Shown: piece after piece, positions 1 to 9,297 of the stretch
Layout of the letters: every line of letters starts with the position of its first letter
Numbering within the stretch: the first letter of the stretch is position 1
Source of the DNA: an uncultured Gammaproteobacteria bacterium
Lineage (GTDB): Bacteria > Patescibacteriota > Microgenomatia > Daviesbacterales > UBA10151
Direction of reading: 5' to 3'
Length of the DNA stretch: 57,853 bases
Assembly: GCA_964406775.1 (NCBI GenBank)
Contig: CAYOSW010000006.1
Coordinates: forward strand, 1 to 57,853
Notes under the pieces: model-generated
What the model was told of the DNA's origin: nothing
Databases searched by the model: none
What the model saw: the letters and a program-made list of their open reading frames with translations, nothing else
Position numbers and translations under genes: made by a program

Positions 1-353
1 CCCATCAGCAGGCTGGAGATCCGTGAGAATCCTCATAGTCCCGCCAGGGCAAATCCGGCAGCTGATGAGATAATAACCTGAGCCAGCGAACCGATAACAA
101 TCGGTTTCCCCAAAAGCCTGATTTCCCGGAGATCAAGCTCCATTCCGATCAGAAACAACACAAATGCGATTCCTAAATCAGGCAGAACTTTAAATATGCC
201 CAGGGTTTTGGCATCAAACTGCCCCACCATTGCCAGAGTAACACCGCTAATAAGATATGCCGTAATCAGGGGTAACCGGAATTTATGAACAAAGAAACCG
301 AAAAAACACGACAAAGATAGGACTAGGGCAAGTTGCAAGAATATATTATCCAT
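1..353 (-). pseudogene. Cation:proton antiporter (CPA2/Kef-type), N-terminal part; in-frame TGA at 33-35, frame continues to window edge
   Basis: CPA2-like TM segments (LPLITAYLISG; LGIAFVLFLIGMELD). After TGA the same frame reads GFSRISSLLMG, the expected continuation. Confidence 0.75.
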
Positions 354-358
354 TAATC

Positions 359-1123
359 TTAAGTTTCTCTCTCGAGCATCTCCAGGGACTTTTTCAGATC
401 TTCAGACAGCGGACTTTCAAAAACCATCCTCTTCCCTGTTGCGGGATGATTTATTTCCAACTTGAAAGCGTGCAAAAACTGCCTAGGACACCAGCGGTGG
501 TCCAACCGGACGGTTTTCCTCCCTCCGTACTTTTCATCTCCGACAATCGGAAAACCGGTATGTTTTAAATGTACCCTAATTTGATGTGTCCGTCCAGTTA
601 AAGGAAAACAATTCAGCAAAGTAAAAAATGAATATTTCGAAGAGTTCAGTTTCCTGTACTGAATCTTAGAAAAGTCAGGAAAAATTTCAGCTAAACGCTC
701 CTGACTGAGCTCTAAATGCCTAGCGGGTACAAATTTTGTTTCAGCCTCCTTCCCATCCTCATCCCAGACTATAAATTTCTCGCGGTTAGCTGGGTTTCTG
801 GCGATTGCTCCGGAAACTGTTTTTTCTTCTTTAAAATCCCCGTGTACTAAAGCTATATATTGTTTTTTTACGTCCCTTTCTTTAAATTGGGATTGTAAGT
901 TCTCAAGAGATTCCTGGGTTTTTGCCACCACTAAAACCCCGGAGGTGTCTTTATCCAGCCTATGCACCACCCCTCCCCTGTCCAGGGTAATCTTAAATTT
1001 TTCGGTTAGAATATCGGAAAGAGTATCATCGCGGATGGTATCGGCGGGGGTTACGACAAGACCAGCCGGCTTATCAACGACTAAAATATCGGAATCTTCG
1101 TGAATTATTTTCAGATCCGGCAT
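359..1123 (-). CDS. rluD: RluA/RluD-family pseudouridine synthase
   Basis: VVDKPAGL, HRLDKDTSG (catalytic Asp), TGRTHQIRVH, QFLHA motifs. Confidence 0.9.
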   Translation of the reverse strand: MPDLKIIHEDSDILVVDKPAGLVVTPADTIRDDTLSDILTEKFKITLDRGGVVHRLDKDTSGVLVVAKTQESLENLQSQFKERDVKKQYIALVHGDFKEEKTVSGAIARNPANREKFIVWDEDGKEAETKFVPARHLELSQERLAEIFPDFSKIQYRKLNSSKYSFFTLLNCFPLTGRTHQIRVHLKHTGFPIVGDEKYGGRKTVRLDHRWCPRQFLHAFKLEINHPATGKRMVFESPLSEDLKKSLEMLERET

Positions 1124-1127
1124 CAGC

Positions 1128-1523
1128 TCAGGTTATCAGATTGGAGATTTGAAGATAATTATGGATTTCCTGTAAAACCTGATCCGGATTAAGCGCCGAT
1201 TTAATCATATAACCCGCTGCACCCGCATCAAAACAATTTTTAATTATGGCATCCTGGCCGATATTAGTTAATACAACTATCGGACCGTTCGGTTTTACCG
1301 GAGGACTGATTTTTGTTTCGCGCAGGATAGACAAGCCATCTTTTTTAGGAAGCATTATATCGAGTAAAACCAGGTCATATCCTCCTTCGTGGATTTTTGC
1401 AACCGCAGTTTCGCCTTCAGCCGCCGTATCAACGGCCATACCCTCCGATTCCAAAAGCTCCTGATAAAACTCCCTTAAGAATTGATCGTCTTCTACAATT
1501 AGCACCCTTTTATTTTTGTCCAT
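1128..1523 (-). CDS. Single-domain response regulator (receiver)
   Basis: VLIVEDD, DLVLLDIMLP (phospho-Asp), YMIK motifs. Confidence 0.93.
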   Translation of the reverse strand: MDKNKRVLIVEDDQFLREFYQELLESEGMAVDTAAEGETAVAKIHEGGYDLVLLDIMLPKKDGLSILRETKISPPVKPNGPIVVLTNIGQDAIIKNCFDAGAAGYMIKSALNPDQVLQEIHNYLQISNLIT

Positions 1524-1564
1524 ATACTTTGAATTATCTTAACTATTTTAACCCCTTATGTAAA

Positions 1565-2956
1565 CTAGCTCTTAAAAATAGTCTCTGCCGGTTCGTTCGG
1601 AAAAGCCTGAATTGCAACCGGCTCCAAGAGCTTCGCTCCGCCCTCAGGTTTATAATGATATTTTTCAGCCTCTTGTAACACCTCGGGAGTTGCCACCGGT
1701 AGGGTGAATGAGAAAGTTGCCCCCTTATTTTCCCCGTCGGATTTAACCCAAATTTTCCCCTTCATAAGCTCAACCAGGCTTTTACAAATATAAAGCCCGA
1801 GCCCCGTTCCTCCGGTTGATGAAGCAGCTATATATGAATTATCCAGCCGGGAGAACTTCCTGAACAATCTCGGAACATCGGTAGCGGAAATCCCCACCCC
1901 ATTATCCTGAATGGAAATTTCTACAAAATTTCCGTCATTGAAATAAGTAAGGCTTATTGCTCCGTTTTGAGGCACAAATTTAAGCGAATTACCCAAAAGA
2001 TTCAGCAAAATCTGGTTAAATTTATTTGGATCTGCAAACACTTTCGGCATGCTTACCGCTGTATTTGTAATATGCAAAGCTTTTTATTTCGATTTAGCAT
2101 CAATCTCGACTAAAACTTCACCGACTAAATTTTGGAGATCAAACGCCTGCGGAGTAATTTCAATCCTGCCGGATTCAATTCTTGAAACGTTTAACATATC
2201 GTTAACTAAGTTAATAAGCCGTTCGGTTGAAACCAGGGTCCTTTGTAGATATTTCTTTAGCTTATCCGATAAGGGAACATCGGCCCGGTTTAACGCCATC
2301 CAGGCATATGAGCGGATGGCAGTCATCGGTGTACGCAGTTCGTGAGAAGCAATCGATACAAAATCATCCTTTAGTTTATCCAACTGATGTAGCTTGGAGT
2401 TCATCTTGTATACTTCCTCAGTCACTTTGGATAACGTAATTTCTGTATCGTGGATCTTAAATGCAAAGTTGATCAGACTTGTAATAAGCATCGCCAATTC
2501 TTTTTCCTCCTCAGTCAAAGCTAAAGCCTCTCTTTTTGTACCCATTGTTAGTACACCGATCAGATTATTTGCCCGCATAACCGGACACAAAACAAGTGAC
2601 TTAATCTGGGGCATCGGTTTAACCAGAAGACTCATATCCTCGGTTACAAAAATCCTTCCCCAAAGAAGTTCTTTTTCCCAGTCATTATGGTTGTCCAGAA
2701 GCAAATCTATTCTTATAACGGTCGGAGGCAAATCAACTTGGGTGGTTAAATAACTTGAATCGGCAAAATAAGATTGGCTTATTTTCGCACCACCCTCAAC
2801 AAAAACCACATCAACAAATTCGTAAGTTATTCCAATCGAGAGAAGCTGAAGTAAAATTTGCGGGAGTATATAATTGAAGACTGATTTTGAATCTTCGGAC
2901 GCCATCAAAATCTGCTGAAGCCTTTGATATGCATTAACAGACGCGGATGAGAGCAT
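1565..2956 (-). pseudogene. GAF-like + HisKA + HATPase_c sensor histidine kinase split by an in-frame TAA at 2084-2086
   Basis: H-box ASHELRTPMT lies in 2084..2956; N/G boxes (NLLGNSLKF, DNGVG, GGTGLGL) lie in 1565..2077. Same frame: DAKSK-TAA-KALHIT. Confidence 0.88.
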
Positions 2957-2962
2957 AGGCTT

Positions 2963-2968
2963 ATGATA
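2963..2968 (-). promoter_or_regulatory. Extended -10 (TG-c-TATCAT) 6 nt upstream of the kinase ATG
   Basis: Minus strand TTAAAC-17-TATCAT-6-ATG. Confidence 0.45.
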
Positions 2969-2980
2969 GCACTTTCGCGT

Positions 2981-3256
2981 CTAGTGTTTAAGAATATCCG
3001 GGATATCAGTTTGTGGAATTTTTTCAGAGAACTGATCGAAAGCATCCCTGCAAACCTGAATCGAGGCTTGACCGAAAAGCTTCTCAAACTGCCTAACTAA
3101 ATTCTCAAGAACCTGCCTTTTATTTCCGGTTATTTTTACGCTATCCCCTGCTATTGCGAGCCCGCTTACCTTTTTTGCTTGGTCGAGAGCAATCGGTCCG
3201 ATGATCGCTTGCTGTTCCTTAATTATTTTGCTGGCTGCCTGGGCAACAGGGTCCAT
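2981..3256 (-). CDS. Small conserved-looking helical protein (91 aa) in the two-component operon
   Basis: Clean ORF 2 nt after the 7TM gene stop; IIKEQ..IIGP.A...AKKV..LFGQAS..VC pattern. Confidence 0.8.
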   Translation of the reverse strand: MDPVAQAASKIIKEQQAIIGPIALDQAKKVSGLAIAGDSVKITGNKRQVLENLVRQFEKLFGQASIQVCRDAFDQFSEKIPQTDIPDILKH

Positions 3257-3258
3257 TT

Positions 3259-4086
3259 TTAATTATCTTTTAGCTGCTCGTACACCGCATTGAAATTTAT
3301 CAATGCAAATGTCATAACAAAGTAAGAGATTAGATAAATGAGATCGTTAACTCCGCTATCAGACCACGTCCCCCTAGATGTCTGATAAAGAAAAGTATAA
3401 TCAGCTAAGAACTGTACAAGAAGCGCAAATATTACAAATAATATTTTGCTTTTCATAATTCCGCCTAAAACACCCTTGGATAATATGTAAGTACTTATGC
3501 CTAAAGATATATAAATTGCGGCTCCCAATGGATATCCGAAATCTAAAAATACCTTGACCGGATTCGACCAATCAAAAGTATATTCCTGTAAAAATAGATA
3601 GTACCCTAGCCCAAGCAAAGCAAAAGTCACAATAGAAGCAGGCACTATTCGCTTTATCGATTTTATGTACAATCCAACCCCCGAAGCTTTGGCTAAGAAA
3701 AGAATCCCTAGACAATAAAACGGAATCGTCCCGAAAAATCCGACATCACCAAGTGAAGGATAGTCCGCTGTTTGAAGATTTTTCACAATGTAATAGTAAG
3801 AATACGTCAGCTGACCAAATTCCTGTAGCAATAGACCGATCGAAAACATAACAAGCGACTTACCAAGGACACTTTTTATACCACCCCACTTCTGAGCCAC
3901 CAATATCCCACAATACGCACCCCATAAAGCCGTCAGCCCATACAATGTGCTGAATGTGTAGATCTGATGGTGATGATTATCCTGTCCCGCAAAAAAATTT
4001 TGAAATACTATCCAATAAACCACAAAAAATGCAAAGATAAAAATCGCCCCGAATTTCAATAGATTAGAATTAATTTTTTTAATCAT
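3259..4086 (-). CDS. Stand-alone 7-TM membrane sensor-like protein
   Basis: About 7 hydrophobic segments; YPSLGDVGFF motif of the type seen in membrane sensor domains N-terminal to kinases/GGDEF proteins; no catalytic domain. Confidence 0.7.
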   Translation of the reverse strand: MIKKINSNLLKFGAIFIFAFFVVYWIVFQNFFAGQDNHHHQIYTFSTLYGLTALWGAYCGILVAQKWGGIKSVLGKSLVMFSIGLLLQEFGQLTYSYYYIVKNLQTADYPSLGDVGFFGTIPFYCLGILFLAKASGVGLYIKSIKRIVPASIVTFALLGLGYYLFLQEYTFDWSNPVKVFLDFGYPLGAAIYISLGISTYILSKGVLGGIMKSKILFVIFALLVQFLADYTFLYQTSRGTWSDSGVNDLIYLISYFVMTFALINFNAVYEQLKDN

Positions 4087-4093
4087 CTATTTA

Positions 4094-4123
4094 AGATTAC
4101 GGCCAAGCCTCACAGAGTGTCAA
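4094..4123 (-). promoter_or_regulatory. Sigma70 promoter for the 7TM/kinase operon
   Basis: TTGACA-18-TAATCT-7-ATG. Confidence 0.7.
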
Positions 4124-4157
4124 GCGTTAAATAGTTATTGTAGAATTAGAGTTATAT

Positions 4158-5075
4158 ATGAGTAATCCTCTTTTTCCAATTTTTAAAAAACTTGAACTTT
4201 CCGATCAAAAAATTATTTCAGAGCATACTGAGAAATTTTTACCTTACTCTGATTTTGATTTTACAAGTCTTTGGAGCTATGATGTTGACGAAAAAGTAGA
4301 GTTTAGCTGGCTCAATACTAACCTTGTTGTAAGGTTTAGCGATTATCTTACCGGAGACCCTATTTACTCCTATCTAGGAAATTCGCAGATTAAAAATACC
4401 CTTGGCTCGCTTTTCGATTTTCTTAATAATCAAGGTCTTGAAGGAGAATTATCCTTAGTACCTGAAGATTCAGTTCAGCCATTATTAAATTCAAAAAACT
4501 CAGAATACAGACTTCAAGAGTTAGCTGATCAGAATGACTATATTATTCCACTCCAAGAATCCTCAGAGTTAAAAAATATTAATGATCATAAGGTTGAAGC
4601 CTACGAAAATTTTGTTAAATCAAATCCCGGATATAAAATTTTGGAGATTGATATCAGTAGCGAGAAAGTAAGAGAGGACATCTTGTCACTTTTCGATACC
4701 TGGGCAAAACAGAGAAATAAGTCCGGAGATGATGTCAGAGTAGAAAGAATGGCGGTTTTCCGCTTACTTAAAAATCATTCTTTGTTTAATTTAACAACAC
4801 TGGGTCTTTATATTGGCAATTCTCTGGTGGGCTATATTATTGATGAGAGAGTAAAAAAACCTTTCGTAATTGGCCATTTTATTAAAGCAAACTTTAATTA
4901 CCCTGGAGTTTATGAGGTTCTAAATAGAGAATCAGCAAAGAAGCATTTACTCGAAGAGTATAAATATATTAATATTGAACAAGATTTAGGCATTAAGGGT
5001 TTAAGAATTTCAAAAATGCAAAGAAGCCCTGTCTTTTTCTTGAAAAAATACTCAGTAATAAAATTAGCTAACTAA
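4158..5075 (+). CDS. DUF2156 / phosphatidylglycerol lysyltransferase C-terminal-like (double GNAT) protein
   Basis: YSDFDFTSLWSY, DYI, GHFIKAN..YPGVY, YINIEQDLGIKGLRISK motifs. Confidence 0.85.
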   Translation: MSNPLFPIFKKLELSDQKIISEHTEKFLPYSDFDFTSLWSYDVDEKVEFSWLNTNLVVRFSDYLTGDPIYSYLGNSQIKNTLGSLFDFLNNQGLEGELSLVPEDSVQPLLNSKNSEYRLQELADQNDYIIPLQESSELKNINDHKVEAYENFVKSNPGYKILEIDISSEKVREDILSLFDTWAKQRNKSGDDVRVERMAVFRLLKNHSLFNLTTLGLYIGNSLVGYIIDERVKKPFVIGHFIKANFNYPGVYEVLNRESAKKHLLEEYKYINIEQDLGIKGLRISKMQRSPVFFLKKYSVIKLAN

Positions 5076-5963
5076 AATAATTCCTACGAAAGCTATAATT
5101 CCAAATACTCCTTTTTTTAGAAAACCTTTAAAAGATATGTCTTCTTTAAATACTCCAGGCACTAGCAGAGATAGAATTATTCCGAGGATTATACCGAAAA
5201 ATATTTGCGTGCTTCCGAGAACGGATACTAAGGCAGCAGGGCCGATAGCAACTGCCAAATAAGTTAAAATCTTTCCTCCTAAAAATAAAGACTCATTAAT
5301 CATCACTAGTCCTAAAACAGACTGCTTAATTTTACTGAGAGTTTTCGTAAAAGCTTTTTTGATTTTCGGAATAAGAAGCAAAAGTATTATGCCTCCGATA
5401 AAAACTCCGAGACTTTCATAAGCGATCAAACTGCGGAATGATATTGAAGAAGAAGCATATTTGATAAAAATATAAGGCAACGCCCAGAGAATATCTGCGA
5501 CGAGCATATAAAAAATAGCATTTGATAGTTTAAATTTATTTTTTTCCTTTTTAAATGAAACAAACACTGAAGATAAGGTTAATAAAATAAATCCCACCAG
5601 CTGTTTGTTCGTTATTGTTTCTCCAAGGAAAAGATAGGAAAGCAAAAGGACAATCACCGGAACGATCTGGATCATTATTATGATCAGACTGGTTTCCTCT
5701 TTAATTAAAGCCTCCAGATATATCGAAAAAGCCCAGATTGTAAATACGCCGCTTAAAATAACTAGTAAAGCATCGGTAAGACCTAAAAACATTCCCCCGC
5801 TTAGGGACAGTACAATAAAAACAGGAAGTGCCAAGATTGCACTAAAGATCGGAAGCGCCCGGTAATCCGGAAACTTTGATTCAATCAGGTATTTATCGAG
5901 GAAAACATTAACCGCATAAACAAAAGGAGCGAGTAAAGCTAAAAAAACCCAATTCATCTCCAA
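5064..5963 (-). CDS. EamA/DMT-family transporter
   Basis: 10 TM in two EamA-like halves; ALVSVLGSTQ. Confidence 0.85.
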   Translation of the reverse strand: MEMNWVFLALLAPFVYAVNVFLDKYLIESKFPDYRALPIFSAILALPVFIVLSLSGGMFLGLTDALLVILSGVFTIWAFSIYLEALIKEETSLIIIMIQIVPVIVLLLSYLFLGETITNKQLVGFILLTLSSVFVSFKKEKNKFKLSNAIFYMLVADILWALPYIFIKYASSSISFRSLIAYESLGVFIGGIILLLLIPKIKKAFTKTLSKIKQSVLGLVMINESLFLGGKILTYLAVAIGPAALVSVLGSTQIFFGIILGIILSLLVPGVFKEDISFKGFLKKGVFGIIAFVGIILVS

Positions 5964-6448
5964 CCTTCAGATTGATAAACAGCCATCACTAAAACACTTG
6001 CCGGGTGCCCTTTTACCTGGTCTATGGAGACCTCCAGTTTCATTCTTTCTTCCTCAAAATTAATGCCCCTGAAAGTACACAAATCTTTAAGAGAATTTTT
6101 AATTCTAAAATGAAGCTCGGACTCAACAGCAACCCGCGTATCCCCTATTAAGTGGTGTTCGACAAACAATCCCCTGCCATCATCAAGCTGATACCAACCT
6201 ACCCCGGCTGCTATAAATTTACCTGCCTCATTGCTCCTCTCCTCTGCCATAACGCAATAAAGTCTGTGTCCCCACTCATTTTCGGGTGTTTCAAAACGCT
6301 CGGATTTATGAACTCTGGAGGCCGGAGGAATTACGGAAGATAATGTAATTAAGTTGTAGTTATATACACCTGCGTCTTTTAGTGCCGCATCGAATGCTGA
6401 AAGCGGTGTCGAAGCCTGACCCACACCTTTAACTATTTTTATATCCAC
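5954..6448 (-). CDS. pdaD: Pyruvoyl-dependent arginine decarboxylase
   Basis: LSAFDAALKDAGVYNYNLITLSSVIP with the Ser-Ser self-cleavage site; IAAGVGW; ASVLVMAVY. Confidence 0.88.
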   Translation of the reverse strand: MDIKIVKGVGQASTPLSAFDAALKDAGVYNYNLITLSSVIPPASRVHKSERFETPENEWGHRLYCVMAEERSNEAGKFIAAGVGWYQLDDGRGLFVEHHLIGDTRVAVESELHFRIKNSLKDLCTFRGINFEEERMKLEVSIDQVKGHPASVLVMAVYQSEGWR

Positions 6449-6454
6449 AGATAG

Positions 6455-6483
6455 ATATTACCTAAAGGCTCAATCAAAATCAA
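6455..6483 (-). promoter_or_regulatory. Sigma70 promoter, leaderless, for pdaD-EamA
   Basis: TTGATT-17-TAATAT-6-GTG. Confidence 0.6.
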
Positions 6484-6612
6484 TTTTGCTTTATGTCTAT
6501 TGATTCACTAGTATGGAAATGTCCCTTGCATTCGGTATAGGGATTTATAAGCGGATTGCGAAGATTTGATGTCCCACCTTGTCCTTAATTTATAAAGACC
6601 ACCAGGTAGTTT

Positions 6613-6906
6613 TTAGCCTCTTAAGTTCGGATAATGGGTCTGGATATAAGTCTCGGTCTCCAACCCTGAGCCAAGCCTTTCCCACTGACCAAAGGATGGA
6701 CAATAGTTCAGAGGATCCGGGTTTATACTACTCGGGGCATTATTTCCATCAATATTACAGACCAAGGGTCCATCTACCATAGGACTCGCGTATGAGATTG
6801 ACGCCATCGTGTATAAAGCTAGCAGTGCAGCTAATAAGGCTCTAGAACCAATCTTGGCTCTGCTACCGCTTTCTATAGAAAATCTTCTAGTCTCAACACG
6901 ATGCAT
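6613..6906 (-). CDS. Hypothetical secreted protein
   Basis: Hydrophobic signal-like stretch (ALLAALLALYTMASISYA); promoter TTGACA-16-TATACT-8-ATG upstream. Confidence 0.55.
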   Translation of the reverse strand: MHRVETRRFSIESGSRAKIGSRALLAALLALYTMASISYASPMVDGPLVCNIDGNNAPSSINPDPLNYCPSFGQWERLGSGLETETYIQTHYPNLRG

Positions 6907-6938
6907 ATGACGTTAGTATAGTGACTATAAGCTATTTG

Positions 6939-7388
6939 TCAAATTTTCCCTTTATTCGGATTTGATGGTTTAGCAATTGATGAAGGAGGTAATGAGGGAG
7001 GCGGATTAATATACTGGAGCGATACGATTTCATATCTATCTCCAACCATCTCAAGCTGTATCAGCACCTCTCTCCCCGCTTGAAGTTTTAAAAAATTATT
7101 TTCTGATTCAACGCCTCTCAGGCCGCTTACAACTAATTTTTCCGAAACAGTAAATTCAGCTTCAGTTTGGAATTTTAAGTTGCGGACAATGGCAGTTTTA
7201 TCCCCCACCTTCACTATCTGCCCGGTTATTGATGCACTTTGAGATGTATAGAAATCGGAAGGCATTTTTTTGATAGCAGTAGAGGTCAATTCGGGTGAGA
7301 CATTGTTTCTCACCAGGAAAAATCCTGCGAATATCCCGATAATAAGCAATATTCCTGAAGCTATATAAATTTTGATATCAGCCGTCAT
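6939..7388 (-). CDS. Membrane-anchored hypothetical protein with beta-rich ectodomain and Pro-rich tail
   Basis: One N-terminal TM; 7 nt downstream of the surface-protein stop. Confidence 0.75.
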   Translation of the reverse strand: MTADIKIYIASGILLIIGIFAGFFLVRNNVSPELTSTAIKKMPSDFYTSQSASITGQIVKVGDKTAIVRNLKFQTEAEFTVSEKLVVSGLRGVESENNFLKLQAGREVLIQLEMVGDRYEIVSLQYINPPPSLPPSSIAKPSNPNKGKI

Positions 7389-7395
7389 TGTTAGT

Positions 7396-9195
7396 CTATT
7401 CTGTTTTTAAATTTATCGATTCATTCGTATGAAAATCTCCCTGGAATTCGATATATGGGTTTCTTAATTGCTGAACAGTTAAGCCGACACTGGCGCTTGC
7501 GGATATGGCGCTGTTTACCGGGTTAGTGCAGGTTAACGTAAAGTCATAGGTGCCTTTGGAAATTATCGTATTAACTCCGAAACTGTGTGTACCTGAAACA
7601 GGCTTGGGGTTTACGAGCCAGGCACCGCTGACTGCAGGAGTCAGAGTTTCGCTTCCCGGTGCAGCTGTCATAGTGGCAGTACAGGATGAAGTATTTGTTA
7701 CGTTCCATCCCATATCAAAAGCTTCTGCCTGTTTAATAGTTAACGGAGCATTCCCGGGGGACGTGCTTCTGCCTCCGCTGGATATGGTGAAAGTGGTGAA
7801 AGTCGGAGGTGCACAGTTGGGGATTGTTACCGAACCTACCCAATTACCGTTAGCATAGGTTTTGTATGGATTTACATTTCTGTTTGCTTCAACGAGGAAT
7901 ACATACGGATCTCCTGTGGTAAGACCGGGTATATTGTATGTTCTTGCTCCTCCCACATTAGCCTGTCCTTGTGCACCTGTCCGCTGATTTGCCCAGGTGA
8001 CTATATAATAATCAGCCAATGCTGAAGGATCCCAGCTCAGTTCTACCTGTGAATTTCCTGCACTGGGACAAGTTGCTCTGGGTGTACCTGAGTTCATATT
8101 AAATGCGCCGGGAGGGGCGCAGTCGGGGAAAGTAGTAAAACTGCCAAATTTAATATGGCTCCATACACCATTATCAGAGATCGCCTCGGGAAGCTTCTTC
8201 CCCGCAGCATAAACTATAAAACCGTATTGATTGCCCATCTGCAAATCAGAAAATATGTCAAGATAACTCCTCCCGCCAGAGGACCATCCGCCGTTTAACC
8301 CACCCGCCGGAGTGGTGTAATACACCCTATAATCAGAAGCCCCAGCTGAATCCGTCCACGAAACCCTTAAATGAGGACTGTTTTGAGAAGCACAGCTTAC
8401 AACGAGAGAATTTTGATAGAAAGGCCCTGGAGGAGGCGGATCCTGTACCATACCGAACCTAACATACTGACTGGTACTCATTGTTACTGATGCTTCACGG
8501 GGGCTTGTCCTTACCCAATATTGCCATAAAGGCTCTCTCCAGTGTCTGACAATGAAAGTACCGTTATATGGCAGGTTATTAACAACATAAAATCCGGTTG
8601 AATCGGTCTGCGCTGATGTATAAATGCTTTCAGGTGTATACACCTCCGGATGATAAACAGCAGGATAATCAGCCCAACCAGTCGGATTTCCATTATCATC
8701 AGTACTTGTAACTTCCTGCCGAGCTGGATCAGTCCAAGCAGGGGTATATGAGGCCGGACGGACCACCTCAATCAACTCGGAAGCTATCCCGGTATCGCCG
8801 GAGTTGAAACTCCCACTTCTGTCCAGATCGTTATAAACAAACCCGGAAAGAGTTTTAGGTCCTGTTCCTCCTCCTCCGATAGAACCACTATTGTCCTGAT
8901 TGCCGCTTGAATTATTCCCTTCATCCCCAGAATCGTTCTGGTTAGAACCGCCGCCGGAACCTCCATCTGTAGCATTGCCTTGACTAACTGAGGTATCCGT
9001 CCCATTCCCGCTGTTATTGTCTCCGCCTGAGTTTCCCGATGAATCACCCCCTCCTGTTGACCCTGAATCACCATTGGCAGGTGATGCATTAACTCTTAAA
9101 ATATCCCCTGCCAGGAATGATGTTCCGAGAAGAAAAACTCCAAAAAAAAGGAGCAGAACTAATGATATGAGAGGATCAGACAACCGCTTAAACAC
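7396..9195 (-). CDS. Secreted surface protein: G/S/N/D low-complexity linker, SdrD-B-like domain, two FN3-like repeats, Ig-like C-terminal domain
   Basis: Signal peptide; TLSGFVYNDLDRSG..GDTG SdrD_B-like motif; repeated VSW/LSW..SA.A.DY.V...T..G..YGF.V.A pattern. Confidence 0.75.
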   Translation of the reverse strand: MFKRLSDPLISLVLLLFFGVFLLGTSFLAGDILRVNASPANGDSGSTGGGDSSGNSGGDNNSGNGTDTSVSQGNATDGGSGGGSNQNDSGDEGNNSSGNQDNSGSIGGGGTGPKTLSGFVYNDLDRSGSFNSGDTGIASELIEVVRPASYTPAWTDPARQEVTSTDDNGNPTGWADYPAVYHPEVYTPESIYTSAQTDSTGFYVVNNLPYNGTFIVRHWREPLWQYWVRTSPREASVTMSTSQYVRFGMVQDPPPPGPFYQNSLVVSCASQNSPHLRVSWTDSAGASDYRVYYTTPAGGLNGGWSSGGRSYLDIFSDLQMGNQYGFIVYAAGKKLPEAISDNGVWSHIKFGSFTTFPDCAPPGAFNMNSGTPRATCPSAGNSQVELSWDPSALADYYIVTWANQRTGAQGQANVGGARTYNIPGLTTGDPYVFLVEANRNVNPYKTYANGNWVGSVTIPNCAPPTFTTFTISSGGRSTSPGNAPLTIKQAEAFDMGWNVTNTSSCTATMTAAPGSETLTPAVSGAWLVNPKPVSGTHSFGVNTIISKGTYDFTLTCTNPVNSAISASASVGLTVQQLRNPYIEFQGDFHTNESINLKTE

Positions 9196-9266
9196 GTCTT
9201 ATTAAATATTCCTTATCGACTACTATTGGACCTGAATAAAACGTATCGCAAAAATTTATCTGCAGA

Positions 9267-9282
9267 TGTGATACATATCACA
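9267..9282. promoter_or_regulatory. Perfect CRP-type box TGTGA-tacata-TCACA at -41.5 of the surface-protein promoter
   Basis: Exact palindrome; minus-strand -10 TACGTT at 9245..9240 gives class II geometry. Confidence 0.8.
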
Positions 9283-9297
9283 TTATCTTTGGGTATC

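Noticed and set aside
33-2086. Stop-codon reassignment (e.g. code 25, TGA=Gly) to explain the in-frame stops
   Set aside because: The two stops differ (TGA and TAA), and both codons end many intact genes here; long genes contain no internal TGA.
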